A stretch of DNA of 63,778 nucleotides, filler included, from Craspedostauros australis (Eukaryota): the NCBI GenBank assembly GCA_030167865.1. It is 8 parts of 8 records of this genome, joined end to end, with 100 filler letters (N's around TTAATTAATTAA, not from the genome) between each part and the next. Parts side by side here need not be neighbours in the genome. Positions count along the whole stretch, not along the records: positions 1 to 25,008 come from JALAGF010001915.1; 7 more parts are not named here. The stretch is one strand, 5' to 3'. Under the pieces are notes generated by a model, which was given only the letters and a program-made list of their open reading frames with translations, ran no database searches and had not been told where the DNA came from. Made by a program: the position numbers and the translations under genes. Shown here piece after piece: positions 1 through 11,869 of this stretch (the first letter of the stretch is position 1; each line of letters opens with the position of its first letter).

Positions 1-1756
1 GGAGTGCGCTTGGAGTTGTCCAGTTGATTGGATCTCTGAAAACGGCCTGTGCAATACATCGATATGCATAATACTGCACAAGGCAATGCATACTGTGCAG
101 TTTTGTCCGACGCAGTACTGCGTGGTATCAGCATCCATAGATTTCGATAACTTCCAGATGGCTCTAACACTGCAGGCTCCATGGCCGTACTCTTGGGAGT
201 GTGCTTGGAGTGGTGCGGTTGGTATCATCAAATATGCTTGACCTTTTGTATGCACAGTACACACAGTGACTGAACGGTATTGCAGGATTGGACTACATGT
301 AATCTGAAACTCCTCGCAGTTGGGTCTGGACCATCCCAAAGTGGGTACATGCCAATGGCTGATGTCAGTATGCAATATAATTGGTTTAACCCTCTACTCG
401 CATTCCACAGAACAGGATTCATCAACATCATCATCGACTTGTCTCGTCTACTCTACTCTACTCGACTCTACTGGGAAACGGTTGACATGTGTATTTCGCG
501 GCTAAATTAATATTTTCGTCGTTGTCGCAAGGACGCGCCTGTCAACAGTCCGGCCATTGTGATTGGTCAGACACCAAAACGACCTGGTTAGTGAACTTTA
601 GCCTCAAAAAACGACCTGGTTAGTGAATTTGCTCATAATAGTTCCGTCGGAGTGCCATTACGGTAGCTCCATTGTAAAATAGAATGGTTCCATTGTGGTT
701 CCATTACAATAGATTCATTGGAGTTCCATTGTAATAGTTCCATTGATCGATCGCACAAGGACGGTGGCGTCGCGCCATTCGAGCATTTTGAATGGTCATG
801 TTTTCAGCGGCCGTGAGAGCTCGCGGCACCCACCACCAGAGCAAGGAAGAATTGCCTGCCCGCAGCTCGTGTTTGTACGAGTCGAGGGGAATGCTCGTTG
901 GGAGCACGCGTGAGCACACACAGACCCATCCGCATGCACAATGCACGGAATGAGTCAAGCATGTATTTCTTGAACTCTATCATCTTTTCTCCGTCCTGGT
1001 CTGGGTGCGTGATTGCCACTGCAGACGGTGCTTCTTCTCTGGTCATCACACGATGTTCCTGTCTGGTACTGGGCGAGTGGAACAGTGGCCGGCATGGACG
1101 TACGTGTATGGTATGCAGTCATGCACAAAATCAATCACAAAGGGTGTTTGTCCCAGGGCACCCGACGCGTTGATTTCCGCCAGTCAAGTGCGAAGTCGCT
1201 TTGGTGCTTGTGCCTGGTGAGAAATTCACCACAGCTTTTTTGCCACAAACCTTCGCCTCTGGAGACCTCTACGACTGTCTGCGTTTGCGCCATGTCGCGT
1301 GATGTGATACAGCAGACATCTGCAAATGTTCATCTGCCCAACAGAGCACAAGGTCACCACTAGAGGGACGCGTACAAGCACGGCTGCGCGATGGCAAGCG
1401 TTTCTCATCCATTGTTAGATTCCATTGTGTAAAATTCTGTTCTATTCTATTTTCGCAGCGGCCAAGCACGCGGTTTTGCTTCAAGAGTGTCATTCATGCA
1501 CATAAACCTGCTCGTTTGGGTGCAACATTCTGGAGCGTGCTTGGGCTGTGGTCGAGGACATCGTTTGTCGCCATCTACTCGCGTTGCAATGTGATGGAAT
1601 TGTATGGTGGCGTTCGTCTCGTCCTCCCACGCGACGAGACACACGCGGCTTTCTATTTCTTGAATTGTATTGTGCAATAGTATGCGGATATGAAATTTGG
1701 GACGCCGTTGCTCGAGGCATTCCAAAAGCGGGTGAATATGTGATCCATCACGCCGT

Positions 1757-2137
1757 TCATTGATCTTCGCCATACCATATCGCGCACTCGTACTCTTCGT
1801 CGATGTAGCAGTCCTCATCATCGATCATGTAGTCCTCGTCGAGATCGATCATCCCCGCTTGGAACATGCGCCCCAGAATCCCGCTGCCGTTGCTTTCGTC
1901 GTCATACTCGTAAGATTGCGAGAAGAATTCATTATTCTGCTTCATGTTGCGTAGATTCTCCGGCGCGGGCAGGACAGGAATGGCCTGCAGCAACCGACGC
2001 AACGGAGAGATCGTGCACAAGGACTTGACTCTGGGTGGGATGGATCGGATCATGAACGCGTCGGCGCTGTGCATTGTTTGGAACGGCTCCGACGTTGTCA
2101 GGAAGAGCAAAACGATCATCCTGGTCAAGATCGTCAT
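1757..2137 (-). CDS. Small acidic protein with signal peptide, possibly plastid-targeted; function unknown
   Basis: Internal ATG at 2137 of the 1757-2446 ORF gives MTILTRMIVLLFLTTSEPFQTMHSADA-FMIRS (hydrophobic signal, A-F cleavage, basic transit-like stretch), then an acidic C-terminus (DLDEDYMIDDEDCYIDEEYECAIWYGEDQ). The upstream part of the ORF is CAA-rich, UTR-like sequence. Confidence 0.5.
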   Translation of the reverse strand: MTILTRMIVLLFLTTSEPFQTMHSADAFMIRSIPPRVKSLCTISPLRRLLQAIPVLPAPENLRNMKQNNEFFSQSYEYDDESNGSGILGRMFQAGMIDLDEDYMIDDEDCYIDEEYECAIWYGEDQ

Positions 2138-3128
2138 CGTCGTTTTCCCTATCGTTGTTGCCGTCGTTGTTGTTATTGTTGTTATTGTCTTTGTTGTCAT
2201 TGTTGAGGTGTGCTGTTGTTGCTGTATCGTGTTATGTGTTCGTGTTACGCGCTGTGTGTCGCCGTGTGTTGTGGTTGTTTGGTCGTGGTGTTTGCTGGTG
2301 GTGTTTGTTGATGTGTGTTCTTTGGCTGTCGTTTTTTGTGGGCTTTCTTCATCCGTTGCGCCGCGCTCAACCTCTCGCTCGCTCTTTTTGAGCAAACCCG
2401 CGAACAGCATCGCTGTTCCTCCGCTCTTCTTGTTGCCAGGTCTCACTCTGTGATGTGCTGTGTCGTGCTGCCGTGCACTTTTGGTCGGAGATTCGTGTCA
2501 TCCAGGCACCCCAGATTCGATGCCTTCCCATCACAAGTGCACGATTCCAAGATTCACAGGGAAGAAACCACAAGCATCGGAACAAGGGGACGTGACACGC
2601 GAACGAGAACCGAGGGAAAGACCCGAACCGATGACAAAAAATGGCCGACTTGTCATCTTTTGGTCTTGGTTGTCAAGATACCTTTTTCAGCCTTTGTGGA
2701 ACTTGAATAGTCCTCGGAATTTGAATTATACACGACTCGGATTTCTTCTCATCGGAACTTCGTCCTTTTTTCGGTTCTTCTTCTTTGGTTGCGTCCACGT
2801 GTGTGCGCATTTTTGTGGATGTGTTGACGTCGGCAATCATCCAATCGTTCTGCTGGCATCATCCTCTCACATCGACGTCGTTCATGGCACCAACATCACC
2901 CAAAGAGGAAGAAGGGAGGCGATTCTTGCAGTAATGCAATCGTGTCATCTTGCCTGATCATCATCGACTTCATCACAACATAACACAAGACACCAAAACA
3001 GAAAAGAACAGAACATAAAGCGACACACCATTTGCGCTTTGAGTACGAATACAATCGCACAACACACAATTATCGTCCACATCATCGTCCACATCATCAT
3101 CCACACGACCATCCGCATCCATTCCACC

Positions 3129-4534
3129 ATGGCGTCCACACATCAATCATCAACAAGAAGGAGGCAGCGCATGCGCAACCTTCACAACGATTCAACATCG
3201 GCAACGACATTTGCGCGGTCCAAGCCAGAAATTGCTATTACGAGATCTACCGCCCTGTTTCTCGTGCTTCTCCTCATCCAATCCTGCCAACAGTGCCACG
3301 CGCTCGCCATCCTTCCCGATCCAGCCATTCACTTTTCCGTAGGCGCCGTGGCTGGTGCGACGGGTGCCATCGCGGCGTATCCCTTCGATTACATCAAATC
3401 CCAGATGCAAACCGAGTATGGTGCCAAGACCTACAAGAATGGTATGGATGCCTTCGTCACCACCATCACGCAAAAGAACCCACTCGATCTGTACAAGGGA
3501 GTTGGCGTGCAGGTGGCAGGCATCGCACCTGAGAAAGGCATCAAGTTGGGCGTCAACGATATGCTGCGGGCAAGCTTCGTGACGTCGATGGGCAGCTTCC
3601 CACTGTGGGGTCAAGTCCTGAGCGGCGCGGCATCCGGTGCCTGCCAAGTTGTGGCATCGTCGCCGCTGGAAGTGCTCAAAGTCGGATTACAGACGTCGGA
3701 TCTGTCGTTTTGGCAAGTCTGGAAGACGGTTGGTGGCTTTGGTGGACTGTTCCGAGGTGCCGAAGCCTGCATCCTGCGGGATGTACTTTTCACGGCCGTG
3801 TGCTTTCCGTTGTATGCGTCCCTTGTCGATAGCGGTATGAACAGTAAGTCTCGTCCAAATCATCATCATCATCATCATCACTGTGTTGCCTGCGTGCGCG
3901 AGCGGCGATCATAATCGGGCCCAACGAATCATACCCGAACCATCACTCAAACAATCTTCCAACTCGTTCCACAATTGTTCACATCGCTTGTATCGTACAA
4001 TGCACGCGTGCCTGCGACTACGGCATCACAGCCTTTGCAGCTGGAGCCGTGTCCGGCGTCGTGTCATCCTTCGTTGCCACTCCACCGGATGTGATCAAAA
4101 CGAGGATACTCAGCCAGGATAAGTTGAGCCAACAGAAACGCCAGATCGGCACCATTTCACAACAACAGCAACAGCACATGTCGTATCCAACGTCTCCTGC
4201 AGGAACCAGTTCGAGCGACCCCGTGGCAAGCTTTGCATCTTCCGCAGCCATGTATCCATCTGATTCCACCGCGGCTATCGCAACACCCATCCTAGCAACG
4301 GCGCAACAACAGCAACAAAAGTCATCGTCGTCAACTCCAAACGACGAAAAGAACCCATTCGTCATTGGTAAGCAAATTGCGGAACGGGAAGGCGCCGCCG
4401 TGCTCTTTAGCGGCGTCACGGAGCGATGCGTCGGCGCCATCCCTCGCTTTGGTACCACGATGGCTGTCCACGATTTGTTGGAAGATTTCGTTGCACATGC
4501 TGGTTGGCTATCGCATCATGTTGGAAGCATCTGA
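3129..4534 (+). CDS. Mitochondrial carrier family (SLC25) protein, aspartate/glutamate-carrier-like, 2 exons (3129-3843, 4032-4534)
   Basis: Three carrier signatures (PFDYIKSQMQ, PLEVLKVGLQ, PPDVIKTRIL), LYKG/LFRG/LFSG motifs and APEKGIKL. The GTAAGT...CACAG intron (3844-4031) keeps the frame (MN-T-FAAGAVSG). Confidence 0.9.
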
Positions 4535-4748
4535 ATGCAAGGATGGAACGAATGCAGCCATGTTCAAATACATGCACAAGGATAGCACCGGATGATCTCT
4601 AGAGATCGCCCGATTTACGAGTAGAGAAGATATCGTCAGCACGCAAAACGATTTGTTCTGTTTCTATTTCTGTTGCTCGAACAGTGCGCCTGCCAAACGA
4701 GCAGGTGGAGTTGAACCAATGCCTTTATACTCCTTTGCTCTTACACAT

Positions 4749-5192
4749 TCAAGGGCACGTTAGGAGCATTCTGTGCAACACGTTCCCGTCAGGCGAGCAA
4801 TCTGTGGTCAATGACGAGAATCTAGATGAATCGCCAACCTCGCAGATGATGCTCTCCAGATTGCTCCTCAGATCGGGATTGTTGTGCAAATTCAGTGCCA
4901 TCAAAGATACGAGGGTGGCAACTCTTGATGGAATACTGCCAGCCAGACGATTGCTGTCGAGTTCAAAGAATTTCGATTTGTGAATTTGTGAAAGAGAGTT
5001 GCGAGAGAGCCGGAGTTCATTCAGTTGCGCCAACTGTGAGGGCAGAGCGCCTGCCAAGCCGATGCCTCTGCTCGGATCATTGGTAAAGTGGAGCTTGGTA
5101 AGATCGCAGAACTTGCTGATAGATGTTGGGATCAAGCCGGTCATTTTGCTTCCATTACCACTCTCTCCGAGTACGAGCTTGAGAGGCATCAT
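4749..5192 (-). pseudogene. Leucine-rich-repeat receptor-like gene fragment
   Basis: Plant/diatom-type LRR units (GLIPTSISKFCDLTKL, GALPSQLAQLNELRLSRNSL, LDSNRLAGSIPSRVATLVSLMALNLHNN) and a C-terminal TDC motif. Repeats are irregular and no clear N-terminus is present. Confidence 0.6.
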
Positions 5193-5390
5193 ACTCTTTC
5201 ATGCTCGTATGGTACATGTGGAGACGCACGCTGGACGGAACTGGATATTTTGCGGATATGGAACTGGAATACCTGTGAAATATTATACACTGCTCATACC
5301 ACTATAGGCACCATCCCATCGATGTTTGTATTGGTACATCTCCAATGCAATGCAAGGCAATACAATGCAAAATCGTCTACTCCATCCCAT

Positions 5391-8300
5391 TCAACCAGAC
5401 TCATCGGTCAGGACAGAAACGTTGTCCGCACTGTCGCTGTCTGCTCCTCGAGACGATTGGGCGATACGGCTTTTATCGCCATTCGCAGTCAATGCGATGC
5501 TCCCCACGCCACCGTACTCATGCGTGCCCCCAATCGCACTCAGTTGGCCCATCTCGCCGAGTACGTGCAAAGGCTCCTTAACGCTCTCCTTGCCAACAAG
5601 ATCAAACGTGAACACATTCTGAGCTTGTTGGTGCCCAGAGGTCGCGTGGTTGCGGTTGTTGTTGCCGTTCTTCGCGTCTCCATTAGTGGCCATGGACGAT
5701 TCCAAGTACGCCGATCGTCTCTCCGTGATATCCTGCACCTTGATGACACAACCCCATCTTCTGTAGAAGTCGACAGAGCGGGTCATGTAGCCGCGGATGC
5801 TCTCCTTCATACGACGGCGAATTGACACGGTGTCATCCCCCCGTTTGCTCTTACTCCCATTCGTGCTCGTGAGGGTGTTGAGTATCCTGATGAAGTATTC
5901 ACCTGCGAACTCGCATGCCATTGCTGCATATTGCATCATCTCGGACTTTTCGGCGACGAGGATCGCTGTGTCGTAAGCCTTTTGGGCTCGGGAGATCCCG
6001 GCGGGGTCGAACTTGGGGGTCTTGAGAGATATGCGCTCTGCGTTGAGCAGCAGGAAGAGGCTTGCCACGTTCTGTCCTTTCTTCGATAGGATCTCCTTGA
6101 GAGTCTTGGTGTGCATCTTGACTTCTGCCTTGTACTTGCGCTTGTTCGTCTTGCGGAACATTCCGGCCGCAACAAGCCCAGATGGCAGGATCCTGAATGC
6201 CATGCAGCCGATGGACCTGAAATGGTCGGCGCGCACTTGGAGAGATGCTTGCATGCACCGGCTTGCGATGTCGTATCTCTGGAACATCAGCGCAAGTATC
6301 GCGTGGCATTCGCACTTTCGCTTTGCTGCAAACGTCTCCATCGAATCCAGGGCGCCCTTCTCGACGATCTGATGTGACATGCGATCGATGCTGTCCCAGT
6401 TGATCTGCCGGTCTCCTGTCATGTATTCCACCACCACCAGACCCTCGGCGGGGATCCCCCGCATGGCGACGATGTTGTATGCTGCATATTGCCGGATAGT
6501 ACTACGAAGGCTACTCATCACATCATGGAGATTCCGCCCGCCGCAATACATGACATCATCATGCGCCGATCGACTCATCAGACCGTTCTCGAATTCCCCT
6601 TCCTCCATCGCAATGGCGTATCCCTTATTCGCAAGTTGCAGCGTCTTTTCCAACGGTCTGTTGAAGGCGAAGGCATAATGGATGCTCACGGTATGGACTA
6701 TCCCACTCGCTCGTTTCCCTCCAGTCTTGTTGAATATGAGCATCGAGATGTCGAGGCATCGCAGAATAGACGGATGGTCTCCCATTGCCGTGTTGAAGAA
6801 CATGGCCAGGCCTCCGAATCCTATGGCTGATTCCTCGCACAAACCATACCGCATAGTCATGCGAACCAATCTGCAAGTTTGGACAAGCCAGAGCAAGTTC
6901 TGTCCCGTGAGGTGTGATCGCACTCCGATGTCCTTGATGAGTTGCATTGCCATGATCTTCTGGAAGTCATCCTGTAATGGCATGTTGAGGATCTGCTCAT
7001 TCGTCGTCTTCTTCAAGAATGTCTTGATGACACGAAGGTCGTTCATGATGTGGAAGAGGTACATCCTCTCTGGGAACTCCCCCAGCATCCGAACCACCGA
7101 CAAGCTCAGCTCAAGCGATTCGGTGCTCTTGTTCTGTCGTCCCAATGCACGAGCCATCGACAAATATGTCGGCAGTTTGTCATCGACGCAGTTAGCCTTC
7201 GCGATCAGTGTGTTGCCGACGTCGTATCCAACATCAAAGTTCGCCAGCGAAAGCTCCACCTCAGATCGGCATCGGAAGAGTCGTACGCAGATGCCATAGT
7301 GCTCATCCCACGCATTCCGGACCATCCGCAAGCTGGCTGCCGCCTTCTGAAGATAGGTAGCGGCAGGTGCCAGCGCAGCCACATTGAGTGCTCTCTCGCC
7401 AGCATCCAGGTTGATCTTGACGAGGTGCATGTGATCCTTGCTCGCCACGCTGTTGAGATGGTCGACAGCAACGAAGAGAAGGCCATCGCTGATCTGCGCT
7501 TGCTGGCGCGGTCGATCTTCGCCATCGCTTGTGTCACCGTTGGGATGGTCTACAAGATCAAGGTTGGATTCGTGGTGCATGTCCAAGAGGCAGTTCCCAA
7601 TGCGCAACCGGAGCTTGTCTCGAGCCTCGCCATACGGGATCAGCCCATGCGCTGCCTGTTGGATGCGATCGTGAGCGAAATGGTACTGGCTTCCACCAAT
7701 GGAATTGATGACCAGCCGTTCCATCACAGCCCCCTCCAGGATGCTGTTCAGCTTCTCCGTTGTCCATCTCGTCGATGCTTGCGATGATGCCGAGGCAGAA
7801 GCTGGAGGTGCGGTCGTGAAGCGAGGTGCCTCCTTGTGTGTGGAGGATGTGGAAGATGCGAATGTGAATTCAGCATCCATCCCACCATCCCTGTCCACGC
7901 ATTGTAGCACAGCTTGCAGCGTGGGAAGCTCGAAACTGGAACGGATGTAGGCTGCGATGCACAGCACATGCTGAAGCTCGATCGGAAGCTCCCTCATGCG
8001 TGACATGATGGCAGCCACGATGTCATCGCTGATCGGCAGATCCTGATCATCGTCGATGAATTGGTCCAGATCCCATTCCCACCGATGATCGGCATCGCTG
8101 TACACGATGACGTCGCACCGCTTGAGCTGTTCGATTGCCTGCAGCGTGAAGTATATGTTGCCATGAGTCTTCTTGAGGATCTTCTGTGCCAGCAGCACCA
8201 GATCCCTGTCGTCCTTGGGGCGGTCGAGCAGATGGGATAGCCAAGTGGCTGAATCATCGAAGGATAAGTTGCCGATGACAACTTGCTTGAGGTATCTGGT

Positions 8301-9767
8301 GCCGCTAGGAGCAGCAACATCGGCGCCACCAGGCTGGCTGGTCAAAGGAGTGAGGAAGTGCTTGTTGAGAGGCGATTGGCTCGACAGCTCCACGGCCTGT
8401 TGGCTTTGCGTATCCATCTCCTGCCTGATGACGCCAAGGAGCATGAAGTTCTCCAGCTCTACATCGGAGATGAGTGCTGCCAGCAGCTCCAACCCGGCGG
8501 ATGATGACGACTGGAGATCATCAAGGTACAGATACACTGGCCTTTGTGGGGTCGAGATTACCTTCATGAACTTGATGAAGATGTAGCGAAGCCGATTCCA
8601 CGCGCTTGTCGCATTGGCGCTGGCCCCGTGCCCGTTGTTGTCGTGAAAATTGAGGATGGTAGAGCGACGGTTCGCGCTGGAAGTCGATGCTATCGATTGA
8701 TGGTCTCCGATTCCTCGCATGCTGCCATCGACACTGGTGTTGTTGTTGTTGCTGTTTCTGTGGAACATGGATCGATGGCCGCGCAGACTTGATTCGGGTA
8801 ATAAAGTATATGATGCCGTGTGATGGACTGAACCTGAAGCGCTGGGCAAGAGGATCGATAGGGACGGTACCAATGAGATCATCGCAGCCACGGCTGATTG
8901 AGTGTGGGCATCATCAGTCTCATCGACTACATCAACGGCGTTCGTGTCTTCAATATCGCGGTTGCCACCATATGCCATGAGGACGCATCGACGGATACGT
9001 TCCAGCTCATCGGATGGACCATCCTTGAGCTGCGATGCGAAGGCATCGAGCGCCTGGACGATGGCCGAGAATGGATCCTTGCTGCCTGTGTACTCATCGT
9101 ACTTTCCGTGCAGGACGTAGCAACAGGTGCACTGATTCAGGAGAGGTGCGGTTTCCTGTTTGTGCGCCATGGTGTTGGTGTTGTGAGCAGCGGCCGCATT
9201 TCTGCCATCATCTTGAGACAATTCCTCGACGGTTTTGGCGCCGCAGGTGCAGCAGAATAGATTCAGAAACTGCTCGACCATCTGTGACTTTCCCGTCCCG
9301 CTAGTGCCCCAGACAAGTGCGGCGGGGTAGACGGAGGGATCAAGCTCGTTTCCACGAGATCCTTCAGATATGACTCCATCACCTTCATCCGTTGCTGGAT
9401 ATGTGGATGATGTGGAGTGGCCACGGCTCACCTTGTCAGTTCGTTGAGATTCCTTGGCGGGAGATGCATTGTCAGCGTTCGCTGGTCTGGCGATAATGCG
9501 ATCGCGGATGGCGCAGAGCTCCTGAAGCTCCTTTTCTCGTCCAAAGAAGGATCGTTTGGAGAAGAGAGCTGGGACGGCCGGGTTCGAAGCTGCAGCTGCG
9601 TCCGCATGGCGTTGCTCTTTTCTCGCCTTGGACGACATCTGCCTCTTTTGGTGGGAACTGTGCATTGATTCAGATGTTACGGAGGGCAGTCCCGTGCCTC
9701 CGGTCGCTGCTTCAGAGCGGTTACAAGTGTTGAATTGCATCTCTTTGTCGATCGTTGACGTCGCCAT
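5391..9767 (-). CDS. STAND-class / AAA_16 P-loop ATPase with helical (TPR-like) C-terminal region; resembles the central part of multi-sensor signal-transduction kinases (COG3899-like)
   Basis: 1458-aa uninterrupted ORF. FFGREKELQEL upstream motif, Walker A GTSGTGKS, GKYDE, Walker B LYLDDLQ, KTHGNIYF, YHFAHDRIQQAA, and C-terminal 'AYDTAI...ACEFAG...FYRRWGC..KV' motifs. Confidence 0.85.
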   Translation of the reverse strand: MATSTIDKEMQFNTCNRSEAATGGTGLPSVTSESMHSSHQKRQMSSKARKEQRHADAAAASNPAVPALFSKRSFFGREKELQELCAIRDRIIARPANADNASPAKESQRTDKVSRGHSTSSTYPATDEGDGVISEGSRGNELDPSVYPAALVWGTSGTGKSQMVEQFLNLFCCTCGAKTVEELSQDDGRNAAAAHNTNTMAHKQETAPLLNQCTCCYVLHGKYDEYTGSKDPFSAIVQALDAFASQLKDGPSDELERIRRCVLMAYGGNRDIEDTNAVDVVDETDDAHTQSAVAAMISLVPSLSILLPSASGSVHHTASYTLLPESSLRGHRSMFHRNSNNNNTSVDGSMRGIGDHQSIASTSSANRRSTILNFHDNNGHGASANATSAWNRLRYIFIKFMKVISTPQRPVYLYLDDLQSSSSAGLELLAALISDVELENFMLLGVIRQEMDTQSQQAVELSSQSPLNKHFLTPLTSQPGGADVAAPSGTRYLKQVVIGNLSFDDSATWLSHLLDRPKDDRDLVLLAQKILKKTHGNIYFTLQAIEQLKRCDVIVYSDADHRWEWDLDQFIDDDQDLPISDDIVAAIMSRMRELPIELQHVLCIAAYIRSSFELPTLQAVLQCVDRDGGMDAEFTFASSTSSTHKEAPRFTTAPPASASASSQASTRWTTEKLNSILEGAVMERLVINSIGGSQYHFAHDRIQQAAHGLIPYGEARDKLRLRIGNCLLDMHHESNLDLVDHPNGDTSDGEDRPRQQAQISDGLLFVAVDHLNSVASKDHMHLVKINLDAGERALNVAALAPAATYLQKAAASLRMVRNAWDEHYGICVRLFRCRSEVELSLANFDVGYDVGNTLIAKANCVDDKLPTYLSMARALGRQNKSTESLELSLSVVRMLGEFPERMYLFHIMNDLRVIKTFLKKTTNEQILNMPLQDDFQKIMAMQLIKDIGVRSHLTGQNLLWLVQTCRLVRMTMRYGLCEESAIGFGGLAMFFNTAMGDHPSILRCLDISMLIFNKTGGKRASGIVHTVSIHYAFAFNRPLEKTLQLANKGYAIAMEEGEFENGLMSRSAHDDVMYCGGRNLHDVMSSLRSTIRQYAAYNIVAMRGIPAEGLVVVEYMTGDRQINWDSIDRMSHQIVEKGALDSMETFAAKRKCECHAILALMFQRYDIASRCMQASLQVRADHFRSIGCMAFRILPSGLVAAGMFRKTNKRKYKAEVKMHTKTLKEILSKKGQNVASLFLLLNAERISLKTPKFDPAGISRAQKAYDTAILVAEKSEMMQYAAMACEFAGEYFIRILNTLTSTNGSKSKRGDDTVSIRRRMKESIRGYMTRSVDFYRRWGCVIKVQDITERRSAYLESSMATNGDAKNGNNNRNHATSGHQQAQNVFTFDLVGKESVKEPLHVLGEMGQLSAIGGTHEYGGVGSIALTANGDKSRIAQSSRGADSDSADNVSVLTDESG

Positions 9768-11869
9768 GGTATGTATAATATAATACTCTATGTATAATGC
9801 CGTATGTATATAATAGATGCGAGTAGACTGTATGTGTTGTATGTGTTGTGAGTGCTTCTGCTCGTTGTGAATAGGAGAGTGCTTCAGAGAATCTGACTCG
9901 ATTGCTTTGCGTTTTGTGTCGACTGCGTTTCGTTTCGTAACTTCGTGCGCGGCACCGGGGTCGCAGTTGCCGCTACCACACCAAACTCCTTTGCAGATTC
10001 ACTTCGTTTGAACAGACCCGCATCTCTTTGACGGTGGTAGTTGCGGGGAAGGTCGTTCTTGTTCGAGCGTGCGCGCAGGTATGATAGAAGTGGTGGCATC
10101 ACACGCATTCTTGTGCTTGTGAACGCGATCTGGACCGGAAAGACGGCGATCATTCGTTGGCTACGACTGGCGAACTTGGAAAACATCAGTACCTGACTTT
10201 TCTCATCACGTTGCCACGCTTGTGCCACGCCGCGGACAGTTTGGGCCTCTTCTTGCTGGTGATCATGTTAGTCACGATCGTGGGTCATTCAGAACATCAA
10301 TCTGCGGTCCCACATGAACGGTTCCTACGAAGGCCATTGGAGCACTGTCGCGGCGATCCAAACACCTCGAAAACGCGGAAGGAGCTCGTCCCCATTCTCG
10401 GAGGAACAAGCACCAATGCCCCAATACCAATCGCTGTCCTCCCACCACAAACATTCAAACCCGCAACGATGGAATCTGGGCTGCGGTGCAAACATTGAAT
10501 GCTCTGGTGCAGCAGGCATGAAGGATGGTACAAGTGCATCGATGTACGAGTATGATATGATAAAATGCATGGCACTGTCGCATCACAACCTTGTCGTTGG
10601 TGTCTGATACGGTGAAAGATCGGACAATGCATGATAGCCGCTTTTTGTTTGGGTGTAAACCGCTTGTCCTCCATGTCGCCACTCAACAAGATGACGGAAA
10701 GGGTTGCCCAAAGATGAGCATCGGCCTTTGCCTCTCGCGCGATCAGGAATGTGGAGGGCTCCTGGTCCTATTTCATGTGATTTCTATCTTGTCCGTGCGA
10801 AGAAGCCACGAGGACCAGAATGACAGCATTCGCAGGTGGTCGTGACATGGCGACGAACCCATGAGAATTGGATGAGGAGACGAAAGACTGGGAGTGCTCA
10901 TCATGTCGCAAGCGTCATTGTGGAGAGAGAGAGAGAGAGAGGAGTACGTAGAATAGGTCGTAGAGCAGTCCCTTCCGGCGCTGCGTACCTCGTTCGCGCC
11001 ACCATCCTGGACGTGATGAGGTCTTGACAGGAGTAGATCACGTACGACACGAGCGCGGAAAGGCAGCGGAAGGATTCGGCCGACCAAGAAACCCCAGCCC
11101 GGCATCAACATCACCCAAGCGGATCGTTGGCAAATCGAAAACGGCCTCCGCCTGCCTGGAACGAGATGCGGGAAAGTGTCAAGAAGAAGAGCATGTCTAC
11201 TACTCGTGTACTCTCAAATGTATCACAATGCCATACACGGATAAATCTTCTCCCAACAACACAAAACGAACTTCCCCACCCTGGTCAACCTCCTTCCGTT
11301 TGATACACTCGAAGCCTCACAGGCAGACACGCCAAATTGTGAAACTGCAACAACGAATCTGACGCTTGGACCAAAGATGTCCGAGTAGATACATGCAATA
11401 AATATGTATTATTTTCTATTTTAACGCAGCTTTTTCTATTTGCACGTTTGAGTTGGTCGACTGGATCATGACTCGAATCGAGAAAACCACGGAAGACTAA
11501 AATTCCGAATTCCAACCGAAAACACAAACCAACGGTCAACCATGATGAACGGACAGAGAAAATCGCCACAAAACCAACACGACGCAACACGACACAGGCG
11601 ATGAGACAGCGCCTTGCGGCAGATGGCAAATGGCGAAACCCAGTCACAGCCACCCACACAAACTCCACCACAAACCTTGAGCGAAGCAAGCAACACACCA
11701 CGCTGCGATCAACAAGATTACTTCGCGCCGATCAGCGCGAGCATTGTTTGAACACGACACTCTATCCTCGCACACAATAACACTTTGTTGGGTACCACAC
11801 CATACCCTGCTTCTGGGTATACCACACTCCACTGCAGCGCAATAGCACAACAACGACCCTGCCACCACC

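Noticed and set aside
576..627. CRISPR-like direct repeat
   Set aside because: Only two units with a 12-bp gap, eukaryotic context, and no cas genes.
704..1750. Short minus-strand ORFs with protein-like stretches
   Set aside because: No recognisable domain or coherent exon chain.
10157..11362. Possible decayed type-II membrane protein gene
   Set aside because: One hydrophobic stretch and fragmentary frames, with no motif I can assign and no consistent splice model.
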